A stretch of 63,942 nucleotides of DNA, the filler included, from Lenisia limosa (taxonomy: Eukaryota; Protista; Breviatea): NCBI GenBank assembly GCA_001655205.1. It is 11 parts of 11 records of this genome, joined end to end, with 100 filler letters (N's around TTAATTAATTAA, not from the genome) between each part and the next. Parts side by side here need not be neighbours in the genome. Positions count along the whole stretch, not along the records: positions 62,657 to 63,942 come from LPNZ01004386.1; 10 more parts are not named here. One strand, 5' to 3'. This document shows, one piece after another, positions 62,657 through 63,942 of the stretch. A program made the position numbers and the translations under genes. Each line of letters starts with the position of its first letter. Positions within the stretch are counted from its first letter, which is position 1. The notes beneath the pieces are model-generated. The model was not told the origin of the DNA and did not search any database. It worked only from the letters and a program-made list of their open reading frames with translations.

Positions 62657-63274
62657 CGGCCCGGCCGGCCAGCCCTTCCACCCCACCCTCATCCGGCTTG
62701 TCGAGAAAGGTGGGCAATCGGTCGATCTTAAGATCCCTCGCTTCATTTGCATTTTGTTCTTCTTTTACAGCACAACAAAAATTTAATGATCCGCCTCTCA
62801 CTCATTTAGAAATAGATGAAGTTGACTTCCGCCTCCGCATGTCCGGCCGCAATCCCGGCGTACCCAAGCCGCCCATGGGCCCCCCTGGTCCGGTCAACCC
62901 CCTCGCGGTAGGCCTTTGTTATTTGGGAAATCGTTAGAGCTTCACTTTAGGGGGTCCCATATAGAGGAGAATTTTGTTTTTGTTTTTGTTTTGTTTGTAA
63001 CGCGATTCGATTCTCATGGTCATCCTCCTTACCAATATCCATTATTGTTACTTTAAATCTCTGAGGTAGCAGTATTTGCACGTGTGGTGTTTTGATTTAC
63101 TGTTCATAAACAATTGTGTTTGTGTTTATAATACTTGTTTAATTTTCTATTTTGGACAACTTTTGAAAAGCGAAAATGATTTTCGCACTATTTACCATAA
63201 AAATTCCCCAGGGAGTGAGGAGGGGTGGTTTTGGTTTAGCACCAGGCTGAACCCAGGAAAGGTGGGGTAAAACG

Positions 63275-63374
63275 TAGAGCTTCACTTTCGGTTCCAAAAA
63301 AACTGACAAAATATCGACATTTATAGAGAATATATAGAAAATCTATCTTTTTTTAGAACCGAAAGTGAAGCTCA
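63275..63374. mobile_element. MITE family A, type I
   Basis: TIRs; perfect 8-bp TSD GTAAAACG. Confidence 0.88.
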
Positions 63375-63631
63375 GTAAAACGCACGAACAGAGTAAACTT
63401 AGACATGGCAAGGGCCCAATAGCTGTAGTCTTGCGAACAAGGGGCATTTCCCTATTGGCTGAAGCCAAAGGTCTAAAAGCACTTTAAAAACACCTTACGC
63501 ATATCATCGATACACTATCGCTCTTTCCATGGTGCTTATTTGGCCATTGCACGGGCTTTTGCAAGTGTTGAATTCTTCTCATTCAACAGCAACGCCCAAG
63601 CAATGCAAGCCCTCTTGACGTATACGGGAGC

Positions 63632-63788
63632 GGTGATGGTGGTGGTAGTGGTGACGATGATACCGCCAATGAGTGTATTGGTGGTGGTGGTGGTGGTGAT
63701 GATGATGATTGCTGGTAGTGGTGATGATGATGAGGGTGGTGGTGGTGATGATGACGATGGTGAGTAACGATGCAAGTGGTGGTGGTTG
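63632..63788. repeat. (GGT/GAT)n microsatellite
   Basis: Imperfect trinucleotide run. Confidence 0.85.
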
Positions 63789-63942
63789 GCAATGTGTATT
63801 ATTTAAGTAGAAGACAACATAGAAATTCTAAAGATACACATCAACACCAAAAATTATTTTGCATTGTTTTAGAGCAATAAAGATGCGATTGGGGGGGGGG
63901 TGACTATTAAAGGAGGGCAGTTCACCACGATTGTTGCCAAAA

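Overview
Eukaryotic (protist-like, AT-rich, intron-dense) draft genomic DNA. It is not one locus: ten identical 100-nt spacers (44 N + TTAATTAATTAA + 44 N) join 11 unrelated contigs, so adjacency across spacers means nothing. Genes must be rebuilt from short GT-AG exons. I can support two WD40 genes, RNA polymerase III subunit RPC5/POLR3E, a B-type cyclin with a destruction box, a Cys-rich multi-TM membrane protein, a Patched/NPC1-like N-terminus, an SCP2-like protein, and a head-to-head pair of paralogous secreted-protein genes 126 bp apart. There is also a ~60-bp 28S rRNA fragment and several hypothetical exon clusters. Non-coding DNA is dense with small repeats: a ~100-bp hAT-like MITE family (8-bp TSDs, three TIR variants, >20 copies), two TA-flanked Tc1/mariner-like families, and three TIR-less intronic families (B, C, D). 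B and D are sense-oriented in every host I could orient, D carries a recurrent cUUCGg hairpin, and C abuts splice sites. All identifications come from reading the sequence and recalled family motifs; no searches were run, and exon ends and repeat boundaries are approximate.
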